Shown: positions 24,501 to 36,454 of the stretch, piece by piece | Position numbering within the stretch: position 1 is the first letter of the stretch | How the letters are laid out: each line of letters begins with the position of its first letter | Assembly (NCBI GenBank): GCA_050084985.1 | Contig: JBITNC010000001.1 | Location: forward strand, 3,534,001 to 3,598,000 | Direction: 5' to 3' | Source: Nageia nagi | Lineage: Eukaryota > Plantae > Pinophyta | DNA: 64,000 nt | Program-made: the position numbers and the translations under genes | The notes under the pieces: generated by a model | The model's input: the letters and a program-made list of their open reading frames with translations, nothing else | Database searches by the model: none | What the model was told of the DNA's origin: nothing

Positions 24501-27492
24501 TTGTTGCTAATGATGGAAAGGCTCTTCGTCCACTAGTGGTTTATGCTCGTAAGGTTTCTTCCTTTCCTTCATGAAGAACAAGCGCATTCTGTGATCAGGG
24601 TCATAGTGGTCAGCTATAGGCATCTTCTTGAAATTGAATCAAGCCAACTCTTCCTTCATGGTATCCACATTTGTCCAAAACTTACACTAATATTCTCCCA
24701 CAGTAATCGACAAATTAGATGTTGTCGATTTCTTCTACCATACCTACTCATGTAGAAAGGCCAACTGCCTCATCATCTCCATCAACAACAATCTGTTGCT
24801 CACGAGCCTTGGCAACCGATAGGGCTGCACGACTGACCCATGTATACGGATGTAGGAATAGCGTTGGTGATGGAGGAAGAAGTCCCCATGCTTCTCTCCC
24901 TTAAGCTCCTTGTATATTTCATACTCCCATCCATCATTTTTCATCACAAAACTATCCCATCTCCTTTCTAACTTCCATTTGGGGTAGCACTTCCAAATAG
25001 AATAGGTGCCTCTCTCTATCCAAGTCGTCTCACCCTGTGTTGTAGCTATATATCTGCCGTGTAGCAACATGTACATCACATATGAATTGAGGTAGAATTT
25101 GCATGTAGTACCTATGGATGATAACTGATCAACTATGGTGTCGCTCAACACCTTGCTCCATCTGATCCTCCTCCCTCTGGCAATCTCAAGAATGAAACCA
25201 AAGAACTCCTTTCTAAACTTCGAAGCATCTTCCTTCCCAAGAACTCTGGACAACAAGAGAATCATCAACTCGACTACGGTATAAAAGTTGGAGTGAGGAG
25301 CATTGATAAGTAAATTTCCTTTCAGTCCGTGGTGTTCTTCCAACATCCATCTTTTGATAGCAACGGCTGCCCTGGGGGTCTCCTCGTAACGTGCTAGTGA
25401 CTTAGCCTCGCTATACTCAACATTGCCATCAAAGGTCCACTGAAATGTTGTGTTAATGGCATTCGGTCTGAAGTCCATTATGATGTCTCCTTTGATGTCT
25501 TTAAGGACTCTCTCCCCTTTCTGCCAATGGTGATCAACTTCCATGCACAATTCCGAAAATGGGACTGTAAATGGGATGAATGTGCAAGTGGAGAGTCCGG
25601 AGAAGAAGACAAATCCTGTTTCAGGTCAATGGTGAGAAGCCCACGAATGCTCTCCCTCATTTGCATAAGGTCAACATTTTGCCATCTGATCTCCGATGGT
25701 TGCAAAACCGTTCCTCGAGAATTTGGCCCCTTGGGGAAGGGCTTGTTGTCTCTCATGAATGGAGATGATGCAATCCTATTTCAACCGCTCGAGGTCACAA
25801 GCGAAGTCTGGAGCTGAATTACCTTTGAAGAGGTCATGGTATTCTTGCTTGCAACGTTGTTCCTCAAGGGTTGTGCGTGCGTTTCCAGGTGAAGATGACG
25901 CCCACGTTGGAGAAGCTTACCTCCCAAATGCTTACACAAGCCCTAAGATGCATGAATGATGATGTTTGCACACAAAAATCTGCAATTTGTTGTAATTTTG
26001 GCGCAAGAGTAGAAGAGGAGCGAATTTTGAATTTGAGAAAATGAGGTCCCTAGGTTTGTATTTATAGCCCATATGGCTTCCAACTTGACCTAGTTGGCTA
26101 GGGTTATCGATAGGCACCATCTTAGCCTTCCATTTGGTCGACCTCAAGATGTGTGCTGGCCCAAAAACTCATGCAAAGTTGTCTGTGCCCAGATGTTGGG
26201 GTTTTGAGGATCAAACTGGCTTAGTGCATGCTAAAAAAAGACAAAATTGTGACTTTTAAAAGCATGCGCCAACCCTGGGGTGAACATACTCCCAACATTT
26301 GGGTCTCTTGATTGCTTACTTGGTTGGCTTGATCATCAAGCTCACCCATCAACTTGATTCTCCTGATTTTTGGTCTCCCTGTTGGCTAGACTTGACAAAT
26401 TTGATCTTTCACCTCAACCTGGGCAGCCTATAAGCTTGGCGCATGCTTCCAAAAGTCAAGTTTGTGACTTTTTGAGACATGCGCCAACCTTGCCTACCTG
26501 TCTAGCATGATTGCATGGTTCAAAAAGACAAGATTTTGTCTTTTTGAAGCATGCGCCAACCTCCAAATGGCCTAATTTTTGAAATTTGATTCCTAAGTGT
26601 TCATGCATTTGCCAAATTTTTGTCTCTATCTAGTCCCAGAGACTTTCTGGGCTTGGCGCATGCCTCAAAAAGTCAAGAATTTATCTTTTGTGATTATGCG
26701 CTACCCCCCTGGGTATGCTTGAATTGATCTTGGGGTTCTCGGGCTCATGACTTATCACATTTTCACTTTTGCTTGAACTGGAAGCCCTTCCAGGCTTGAT
26801 GCATGGTTCAAAAAGACAAGATTTTGTCTTTTTGAGGCATGAGCTAGCCTCCTGGGTGACTAAGGTTCATTTTCCGACCTTCAAACTTGTTCGACTCGTC
26901 CTCTGGCCAAGTCGCATGGTTCAAAAGGGCAAGATTTTGTCTTTTGAAACCATGTGCTAGCCTTGTTGTGCCTCTGCCTTAGACATTTCATGCTTCACTT
27001 TGCTCCATCCTGCTTCCTATGTTTGGCGCATGCCTAGAAAAGACAAGATTTTGTCTCCTAGAGGCATGTGCTCTGCTTGCAAGTACCTAGATCCCATCTT
27101 CAAGCCTCCCTTCCTGTCTAGACGGCCTCCAAGCCTAGTCGCATGGTTTCAAAAGATAAGATTTTGTCTTTTTGAAACATGCACTAGCCCTTAAAGGTGC
27201 CCAGTTTGCTTTGATCAGGCTTCGACTCTTCCTGGACTCCTTGGTTCACCTAAAATCGACTTTATGCTCTTCCAGACTTAGCCATTTTTTAGAATTTCAA
27301 ACTTTCTAACCTAGTATGACTAACCCTAGGTGAAGAATGAGGCTTGAACCAAAGAGGGATTTATCCATGAACCCGGGTTTGTATGACACAATTTGGGTGG
27401 AGCAAGATGACGACAAATAGAGTATATACATGATGCGTTGAGGGTCCCCAAAATCGTAGGATTTTGGGGCATGTTGTGTTTTAGTCACAACA
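21548..27492 (-). mobile_element. Family-A module, copy 3 (5,945 bp, full length, contains the accessory ORF)
   Basis: Minus strand TGTTGTGACT...CCCAACA with perfect TSD CCCTT (21543-21547 / 27493-27497). Splits the host protease (..KKGLKTKG|FEGFKVSNAKG..). Eight palindromes at 26219-27190. No gag/pol, PBS or internal LTR pair. Confidence 0.92.
22662..25900 (-). pseudogene. Accessory ORF of the family-A module (~1,000 codons, disrupted; start approximate)
   Basis: ORF pieces 25478-25756, 24744-25550, 24196-24462, 23527-24102, 23215-23493 and 22662-22916 are colinear with 6744-10024 (LLSRVLGKEDASKFRKEFFGFI; YPKWKLE; YIRIHGSVVQPYRLPRLVSNRLLLMEMMRQL; C-terminal VLGPPTA*). Confidence 0.8.
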
Positions 27493-29306
27493 CCCTTGGT
27501 CTTAAGGCCCTTCTTTTCTACAAAACCCTCATTAATGAAATTATGAGATGCTCTAGGGTCAATTAAAACCATCACATCTGGGCCACCTACTTGCCCCACT
27601 ACCTTCAACGTGAGGTACTTCACCCCATGGAGTGAAGCAATCATGCTCCCCAATGAGCCTTCTACCTTAGGTGCATCTTGGTCTAGCATGTCTGTACCAA
27701 GGTCTAAATTTGAATCATCCTCCTCATTTGAAAATACCTCAAAATAATGCACCTACCCTTTGCCTTGGCAACGGTGTCCTGGCTCACATGTCTTCTTGCA
27801 GTAGAAGCACTTTTCCTCTTCTCTCAACTTTCTCCAAGTGGTTGCATCCAATTGGCTTGTTCAAGGCGGGGGAAAAAGTTTGAACCTGCTAGGTCCCTCT
27901 TACTCTACAAAAGTCTTTTGAGTGGCCTGCCCTTTGTACGTCTACCCTCCTTTGAGAGACTTCATGGTGGGCTCCAAGTCATATGCAACTCTAATGGCGT
28001 CATCAAGGTTTCTTGGTATAGATACATGTAATGGCTCCATCAATCCTTCTATGAAAAGGAATGTCAATCTCTCCTCAACAATGTTGTGAATCATAACTGC
28101 AACCTTCTGAAACTCGTACACATACTCATCTACCGCACCCTGTTGTTTCAGAGATGTCAACTCTTCGAAGTAATCATTCTCTCTTTTCCGATCAAACCTC
28201 TTTACCAACCTCCGAGCAAACTCATCGAAGGAGGTGATGTGGGAGTAATCTTGGCTGATTACTCCATGCTGCCACCATTTGAGGGCATCACCCTCAGAGT
28301 GTAATGATGCAAAATGAATTGCATCCTCCTCTACCATGTTCGAACTCAAAGTGAAGTAGGTCTGTAGCTGATGTAGCCAAGCCCTAGCCGTCATCCTCTT
28401 ACCGTCATATAAGGGCACCTGCATTTTGTTGACCTTTTGTTGCAGATACCTCTTATCACACCACAAGTTGCTTTGGGAGTGTGAGCCATGAGAGCTACCT
28501 CCTTTCAGCTCCAAAATCTCCAAGTAACTATTGAAGTTCATGTCTCTCCTCAATCCAATATCTAGCCTGGAGTACTCTCTAAAAATATGGTTCAATTCCA
28601 GAGGGTTAGGGATCCGATTCTTTACTTCATCTATGGACTTCTTAGCAAACATGGGCTTGGATGGTTTGGGAATAATGGGCTGCTCCCCTATCTTTCCAAC
28701 GTCCTCATCTAGGAACCTCCCTAGGAGAGGGTTAGTTCCCTACAGAGCTCTATGAGAATGGGACCTCAAAAATGTGGATTCTTGATGACCCATGGATCCA
28801 TGATGTGTGAATCCTCTATCTCGTAGGCTGCATGATCTCTTCAAACTCGGCTCCCTCTCCATCATGTCGTCTTCCCTTGGCTCTTCTTCATCTGGGATAG
28901 GACATGAGGGGCTCACATGCCTTTCTGGTACTTATTGGCCTCCAACAAACTTGTTGATGGCGATCATCTGTTTCTATATGGTGGTTATGGCTCCCGTCAT
29001 GCTATGGATGGCCGAAATGAGCTCATTAAACCTCCTCTTTGGCATAAACTCTCTAGTCGGAGTAGGGCTCCTTCTCTTGGCCGATGTGGATCTACCTCTT
29101 CCCACCTCATTCTCCTCTCCAAAATTGTCCTCATCAAGGACGTCATTCATCCAAGGTCGTTGATCCTCATCCTGAGCAGCTCTGGAAGGGGTTTCTTCAT
29201 TCTGCATCTTCCCACTCTTCTATGTTGATGCCATCTCTCATCTGATGCTAGATCTGGTATAGTAGTTGTGAACTACAAATTTCATTCACAGGTTGGCCAG
29301 ATCCAA

Positions 29307-29318
29307 GCTCTGATACCA
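29307..29318 (-). promoter_or_regulatory. Primer-binding site, tRNA-iMet
   Basis: Minus strand TGGTATCAGAGC, 1 nt after the LTR end ...GGGACTTTTCA. Confidence 0.9.
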
Positions 29319-29319
29319 C

Positions 29320-30450
29320 TGAAAAGTCCCAATCACAAATTCAAGTGCAATTAATCAAATTCAATCACATAAACACCCACGTCTAGTCTAGAAGGGCAAT
29401 TGCAAGCATAAACTACCTCAATATGCCAACGTCAAGTCTAGGGAATCAAATACAAGCTTAATCAACACAATAATGCCAACATCTAGCTCATACATGCATT
29501 AATGGACAATTACACCACAACATTGCAATAATGGACAAGTACACAAGATAATATGAGATCCCAAATGCCCACGGCTTGTATTAATGATATGGAATGGCCA
29601 ATGATAAAATACCAAGCCCACAGGACTCAACGTTGGCCTCCAAGGAGCCAACTAGGGCACAATGAACATACAAATGTGATCAATGCTGGAATGGTGGAAT
29701 TAAGGATGGGACAGCCTCACTCCCTTAGACTTGGATGCTCTGTTGCAGAACTCCACGCCTGGAAACCATTGATGGTAGGAATGCGACCTCAGAATACCAA
29801 CAGATGGACTAAGATGTTGCACCTTAGTCGTAGATCAACAGGATCCGTCAGCCTATTAACCCTCCTAGATGTTGCACCTAGGGATGTGCTTGATGTTGTG
29901 CCAAGACTAGTGTCCACTAAATGGTATAAGCAATAATAATAATTTTGTATATCCAGCAATGATGCTCCAAGGCCTAATATAGCTCACCCTGTATTTGGAT
30001 CTTACCTTAAAGTCATCACCCAGCCCCTCAAACTCCAACGATGGTGCCTAGGGGTCATTGCAAGCCCAATGTGGGTATCTGGTCCTCCCTTACGCTCCAC
30101 GCGGGTCCTCAAGCTCAATGTGGGCCTTAGAGGGCATTCGTGGGTGTCATGGGCCAACATGGGGGTCTAGGAGTCTCCCCAAGGTTGGTGCATGTGTACA
30201 AATGCTCCTAATCTCAACATTGGAGCCATTAAGTGATTATCCATGCTCGAGTAGTATCTAAATGATAAAAAAGCCTTGGAATTCCCACAATCACATTTCG
30301 GGATCTCCAAGTACATTAAATCACACTAAGCTACACTTGGGAGGGAGATGTCCCACTTGGGGCTCACAATGAGGTCCAACGGCCCTTTATGTCTTCTATC
30401 CCAAGTAATACAACTAAAGCAACATTAAATAATCATAGGGGGACGTCACA
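29320..30450 (-). repeat. 5' LTR (1,131 bp)
   Basis: TGAAAAGTCCC...GGGGGACGTCACA on +; direct repeat of 16761-18004 with several indels. Confidence 0.9.
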
Positions 30451-30651
30451 ATGGTTTGTATGATACTCTTATGTTTGAACCAGAGGAAGCATTTACTTGG
30501 TATAAGATTTGGAGTAAGAAAGCTATCCTTGAAATTGTTATTTTCCTTTGGATGGCTTCTAGAAATAAAATTCTAACTATGGGCAATATGGAGAAAAAAA
30601 TTTGACTAATTAATAGATATGTTTTGTGTGAATCAAATAAGGAATCCATGA

Positions 30652-30842
30652 TCTCCACTTGTTAGAAGAGATGGTGAACCTTAGGTGTGGAATTTCCACC
30701 TGATGTAAAAGGAGTCCCAGGTTCAAACTCCACCCCCTACATAATGAAATAGGCCAAAATGTCACGTGTACATGTGATAGATCCAAAATGCAATAAGGTT
30801 TTGGGCCCTTTCAAAACCCTGAAATCTACCCATTTAAAAAAA
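30652..30842 (+). mobile_element. tRNA-type SINE (~190 bp)
   Basis: Pol III B-box GGTTCAAACTCC (30720-30731), A-tail, and 16-bp TSD AATAAGGAATCCATGA (30636-30651) / AATGAGGAATCTATGA (30841-30856). The LINE frame resumes after it. Confidence 0.75.
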
Positions 30843-31906
30843 TGAGGAATCTATGAATCATATGTTTTGTTAATGGAAGTACTCTATTCAGATTCTCATT
30901 CATATCATTCATGAAATAGGAATGTATTGAGTTCTCCCAAATAATATTTTGGATTGGTTGCAACTATGGGAAAGATATTTTAAAAGCAAAATACTAAATG
31001 TAATATGGGACATCATTCCATTTCATTATACTTGGAGCATTTGGTTGGAAGAAAGAGAGGCCGAATTTTTAAAGAGAAGAAAAAAACCTATTCTCAAAAA
31101 TAGTTGTACCATTAAAGGTGAGGTTGGATAATATATCCATTATCAATTTGGATAAAAAGACAAAAATAATGAGGAAGATTCTTTAGTTGTTAGATGGAAA
31201 CTAAAACCAATTCAAGCAGCTATTTTTTCTAATAGATTCAAAAGAAATAATGTTAAGTGGCAATCTCTAGAAACATTTTTTTCTAATAAATTCAAAAGAA
31301 ATAATGTTAAGTGGCAATCTCTAGAAACATATTGATTTAAACTGAATTGTGATGGGACCTCTAAAGGAAACCTTGGAAAGTCTAGAGGTGGAGAGGTTAT
31401 ATGAAATAAATAATATGGGTGTCATGGTTGGTGCTTTTTACATAATTTTTTGGATAAATGATAAGACATTTGTTCGAAGCAAGAGCTATTTGTGTTGGTG
31501 TTAAATTAGACAAGGATATCAAGTTAATGAAATTATACGTGGAGGAAGATTCTCTAAATATAATTAGTTGTCTAAAAACTAAAGTTAAATTAAGTTGGAA
31601 GGTAACTAGCATGCTTAAAGACACTCTACATTTGTTAGAATTCTTTCAAGAATATGAAGTAAGCCATGTTTTTACAGAAGAAAACAATGTTGTAGATTAA
31701 TTGGCACACTAAGGTAGTTTTAGAGAAGAGGATAAGAGATAGATTCCCTTGGACATTTTCCCTTCTGATCTAATGGAAAGGATTAATCTCAAAAAAATTT
31801 ATCAAGGAAAATCAAATACTATTCCAACTTGTTTATAGGTATATTAAGTTCGATTTGTTTAGTGTATGGATCTCTTTTTGAAACCACTTGTTGTAAGCTG
31901 ATTTGA

Positions 31907-33682
31907 TGAAAGGAATGGTGGGCAAAAGGCAAAACACAGTTCCGAACCCAAAATCACATATTTGCAAAATGCCACAAAAAATGTTCAAGAAATGATTGAT
32001 ATGATTAATTGATACATAAAAAGCACTTGCATAGATAGGCAAAGTGCACATAATATGTTGGAGGATCATAACAAGAATTTGTTATGAGTCCATAACAAAC
32101 TAGGAAAAAATAAAAGGAAATAAAACAACCCTAATATCCTAGTGAACTCAAATAATAATATACTTAAGTATAATACATTATAATACCCCCCTTAAGTGAT
32201 ACTAGGAGGTAGTGGACAAACAAAACAAGTGGCATATCCACATATATGAATCTTCGCAACAATTCTTGATAAGGTACTCATGTACAATGTATCCATAAAA
32301 CTCTACTAAAAGATAATGAAAAAACCACATGGGTAAAAAAACAATCTACCAATCGAGAAAAAAGGAAGACGACGACGGATGGAGAGAAAGATGTCCTAAT
32401 CAAAACCCCCCAAGGACAACTTCCGTGAAAAAGTTCCTCTAAAGGATCCATGTGATGTCCCCAAATCATATAGATGCCTTGTCGACGAATATAATATCTC
32501 CCACAAGGAAGACAGAAGCTACGAGGCCTACAATGAAAATCTTCCCACTCAAAGTAAATATGAGAAGGAGAGAAAAACATGGAATCTGATACTTGTGATG
32601 ACAAAGAAGGATGCAAACCATGCAAAAGTGAATAAGTTGCCAACAAACCAGGAAGTGGAGAGTCGAAAGACTCAATGTCCTGCTACATAATAGAAAGGGA
32701 AGCGGCAAGAGGAGGCAAAGAAGTTTTAAAATAATCTTTGAGATCTCCTAAAGAGAGTCCAACCGAAGATACCTGTGAGAGAATCTCATAAGACTCTTGA
32801 TGCAAGATAAAGGGAGCAAGAGACTGCTTCAAGGAAACAAGAGTAGGAGGACAAGGTGGCTCATCAAAACAAGGATGGCTCACCACAATGAGGTCCTCAA
32901 ATGCTCGAAATAAGCAAAACATGGAGGAACATAAAATAAGAAAACAAGCTCCTCATGAAAGTCAACAACATCCAAAATGTGTGACTTAATAAAGAGAGAA
33001 GCAAATCCATCCAAAATGTCATCAAGTGTGATCTCCAAAGTATTTGAACCCGTATGAGAAGGTAAACACTATCATTAACCCAAAATCATAGAATTTGCAG
33101 AGCACCACAAAACAATGAAAGCATCAGGGGCAATGCAATGGCTGTGAGAGGGCTTAGAATGCACAAAGGCAGAAGCTGCCAAATTTGACAGATTCACACA
33201 ACGTTCAATCATTCTAAAACTCATGCAGGATTGACCCATGCCATACACGTGAGATCCAAAAGCTGCATAAGGCTAGACCATAGGATCTAGATCACTAAAT
33301 ATGCATCCCAAAACACACAATGAACAATCACATCTAAAACAAACCACATTAAAAAGGCTTCAAAATTTTTTTTGAATGCTTGCAAATCTGATGGGCCCTA
33401 TACCATGAAAGGAATGATGGCCAAAAGGCAGAATACAGTTTTGAAACCAAAATCACATATTTGCAAAACACCCCAAAGATTGCTCAAGAAATGATTGATT
33501 TGATTAATTGATACATAGAGAGCACCTTACATAAATAGGCAAAGTGCACATAATACATGCTAGAGGATCATAACAAGAATTTGTTGAGTCCATAACAAAC
33601 TACGAAAAAACTAAAGGAAATAAAACAACCCTAATATCCCAGTGAACTTAAGTAATAATATAGTTAAGTATATATTCTAATA
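31907..33682 (-). mobile_element. Small non-autonomous LTR element (TRIM-like, 1,776 bp; LTRs 31907-32185 and 33406-33682)
   Basis: Two ~278-bp direct repeats, perfect TSD TTTGA (31902-31906 / 33683-33687), degenerate iMet PBS TGGTATAGGGCC (33394-33405) and PPT CTTAAGGGGGG (~32186-32196). No recognisable coding domain. Confidence 0.88.
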
Positions 33683-34179
33683 TTTGATTCAAGAATCATT
33701 TGTAGCTTTTTGAAGTACGGAATATATCATCTTTTAGTTGTATTTTCAGCTTGTTTTTTATCTATTCTCTCGTTAGGTTGGTTGATAATTTCCAAGTAAT
33801 ACTTGGCTAGCTTTCTTTTTGCATTGTATAAGGGTACAAACCCATTCAAACCTGATTTTTACTTTTAAGTTTAAAAACAACATTTTTGGATCATGAGTTA
33901 TACACATGTTAACCCAAGATCGCATCTGCGTAACATTTTTGAGGACACAAAATCAACATAAAGCTTTGGCAAGATAAAAACAACCATCCAAAATGCTAAC
34001 AGTTTGTAACCCAAAGCTTAGAATGTCAACAAATTGACCTACTAGACCCCGAACGCTAAGATTTTGTAACAATAGATCTAGAATGCCAACGTTTTGAGAT
34101 TCCTATCCTAGAACACCACAACAATAGCCAAAATGGCCAAATTCAATCATAGATTACAATTTCAGAAGATTTTAGGCTT

Positions 34180-34417
34180 AAAGGCTTGTTCTAGTGGTCA
34201 ATCCATGCCCATGAAGAGGCAATGATCTAGGTTCAAATCCCTAAGATCTTGTAGAACTTGAGGTTGTGTCGTGCCAACATCACCGACTACATTAAAAAGT
34301 TCACTTCAACACCATTGGAGGTTATAGTGGCAGTAGGGAGCAAGATTTGAATCCATGATGAGATGGAGAATAATGTAACTAGTTACCAATTCCTCTAATC
34401 TAACAATAAAAAAAAAA
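34180..34417 (+). mobile_element. Probable tRNA-type SINE remnant
   Basis: A-box-like TAGTGGTCAA (~34192), B-box GGTTCAAATCCC (34230-34241) and an A-run at ~34404-34417. No clear TSD. Confidence 0.45.
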
Positions 34418-36454
34418 TCAACAAATTTCATCCCAAAGAACAATCTCAAGAAGAGTATAAAGCATTATTTCATAGAAGAGTAACTCAACATGATAGTGGC
34501 ACAATTTCTCAACAAGCTAGATCACCATTATGGTAAGTTTATAAGCTATTTTATCTTTTGACAATGTGAAAAATCAATTGCATATTTCAAAAATCTAAAT
34601 TTTCATCTCAATTATCTTCTAAAACACAAATTTAATCATCTAAGCTTTACCAATAAATTATCTTCCAAGATTTATTATCCTCTAAAGTATCAAATGCAAA
34701 ATTACCATCCAACGTACACACTAAATCACATTGCAAAATTATTCAAGTTTTATCTATATTCTATCAGCACAGGGTCAAGAATTATCCATATTTTTATCTT
34801 GCTGATTTATCTATGTAATAAACTACAAAATTTCACGATATCATCTACTACATGCCTCATTGCCACTAACAAAGAGGGTGTGCTTGATCTTTATCAAGAT
34901 TCATCATGTCCACCAACAACCATCCAAGAGAGACAAGCATGCTCCCTCAATCATCTTTGATTTGTAGACTACAAAACTTTTTCTTTGAACCGCATGTTCA
35001 ACACACATCTTCATATGTAACCAAAAGCAAAAGGAGCAATCAATGCCATTCACTTTGCTCTAAAAGAACATGCTCATCCAAGCTCGCCTGTCTTCATTGG
35101 CCTTTGGGACAAGGACAATCTCCAACCAAAACATGGCAAGTTTAAACATTTTGTATTTTCAATAATTCATTTTTTTGCTTAACTTTTGGTAGGATCTTGG
35201 AGGGGCAAGAGCACAAGACTCATTAAAATTTAATATATTTTAAGAGGCAAATTATAGACACTTAAAATTGCATTTTAAGTATCTAAAATGATGTAAAATC
35301 ATTTAAATTAGCATTATCTTTTATGTACGTTGTTCTAAACAGGTTCACCTAGGTGAACTTAAAATTAAATTTTGCCAAACTTATCTAAAGCACTTCCAAG
35401 TACTCATTTTCATGAAGAACAGAGATGGCAAGAAAAACAGAAAAATAAAAAAGCAATAATTATAAATCATCTTCCATCATTGCAGCAGAATTATCAAACT
35501 AGGGTATTCACCCCTTTCACCTTAGCTCAACAATTATCCAACTTGCATGCAAAATCCTCGCAGCCTTGCAACCCATAACAGTAGAATGTGTCACAATCTA
35601 TGTGCCATCCCAAAATACCCAATGCTCCAGGACATTGTACTAAAACACCAAATGCCCTTGCACCGTCATCCCAAAATATAGACACTAAGGTCTGAATACT
35701 TGGCAACCTTTGAAGCTGATACTGATCGCTGTAGAATTCTGCGCACTAGTTCTAGAATCATCTGAAAGTATAATCGTTTCAGAATTATCTTCAGATCTAT
35801 CATCTAGCTGCAGCCAAGGTTTGCCCTTCAAGATCACAAGCTGCCCACCAGCAAGCCTCCAATCTATTTTTCATTTTGTAGGCATAATAAATTGTACATA
35901 CTGTAATACATTTGTCTTTATTTTAATACTGGATGGGCTTCCAAGAACATGAAGCCTGAAAAATGTCTAGTGTTGTTTACGTCATCCAAAACCAGGTTAT
36001 TGAGCTTCCAGTTGAATTTGTGATTTATTGCTTAAAGATCTCTCATTTGAGGGGTGCATCCATTTGTTCAAACCATAACATTGGAATATCAAACTATTAG
36101 TCAAATAAATGAGAAAAAACTTCAAAATGTAATTTTCATCTGAGTGCTTTATCCGTTTGCTCAAACCAGATGATCAGGAGAGTGGAGAATCGGATAAACC
36201 AGTGAATTAGAGGAAAATGGTGAATGATAGAAATACATCAATCAGAGGGACCAATTAATAAACTAACTGGAAGAACAAGAAGAAACAAGAGTTGGAGAAA
36301 CTACAGAAACTGATGATTTAGTGAAACAATGCTCTCTTGGAGGATTTAAATGAACTAACAAAACAGAGAAGCCGATAAATTAGAGAAATTGACAAATTAC
36401 TGATAGTTTGAATCGAGTGGAAAGATTAATGGCTAATGACATCCAAATTCTTAC

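Larger units (their letters stand above)
21390..29228 (-). pseudogene. gag: gag-protease of the 16761-30450 element (split by the insertion at 21548-27492)
   Basis: 27942-28652 is gag (KMQVPLYDGKRMTARAWLHQLQTYF...). 27498-27752 plus 21390-21547 is the aspartic protease (VLIDPRASHNFI = degenerate DSGASHNFI...FYVYPL..HIIL). Confidence 0.88.
16761..30450 (-). mobile_element. Ty3/gypsy chromovirus-like element with two LTRs; non-autonomous (gag-protease only); carries two nested insertions
   Basis: LTRs at 16761-18004 and 29320-30450, TSD ATCGT (16756-16760) / ATGGT (30451-30455), PBS 29307-29318, PPT ~18005-18019. Inserted into LINE-like sequence. Confidence 0.9.
30456..33880 (+). mobile_element. 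L1-type LINE 3' portion (zf-RVT + RNase H-like domain + 3' UTR), degenerate; interrupted by a SINE and a small LTR element
   Basis: FLWMASRNKILTMGN...CESNKES (zf-RVT-like); WSIWLEER; KLNCDGTSKGNLG, EARAI...VEEDS...VSHVFTEENNVVD (RNase H-like, ORF 31458-31700). A-rich end near 33875. Confidence 0.8.

Noticed and set aside
22985-24574. Plus-strand ORFs of 223, 94 and 145 aa
   Set aside because: They are antisense shadows of the minus-strand accessory ORF with no independent motifs.
21548-27492. TIR DNA transposon (e.g. Ginger-like) interpretation of the family-A unit
   Set aside because: The inverted termini are only 5 bp, no DDE transposase/integrase motif is seen in the ORF, and the 3' part looks like an LTR promoter/R/U5. 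It is kept only as a minor alternative.
34180-34250. tRNA gene
   Set aside because: A/B boxes are present but no cloverleaf could be formed; a SINE remnant fits better.
35460-35870. Possible further minus-strand exon (DWRLAGGQLVILKGKPW...)
   Set aside because: No recognisable FPGS or other domain similarity, and it stops quickly in the phase expected from upstream donors.
36100-36430. Loose ~20-bp GA-rich repeats (also ~33-bp repeats at 33960-34130)
   Set aside because: Too degenerate to define a unit or function by eye.
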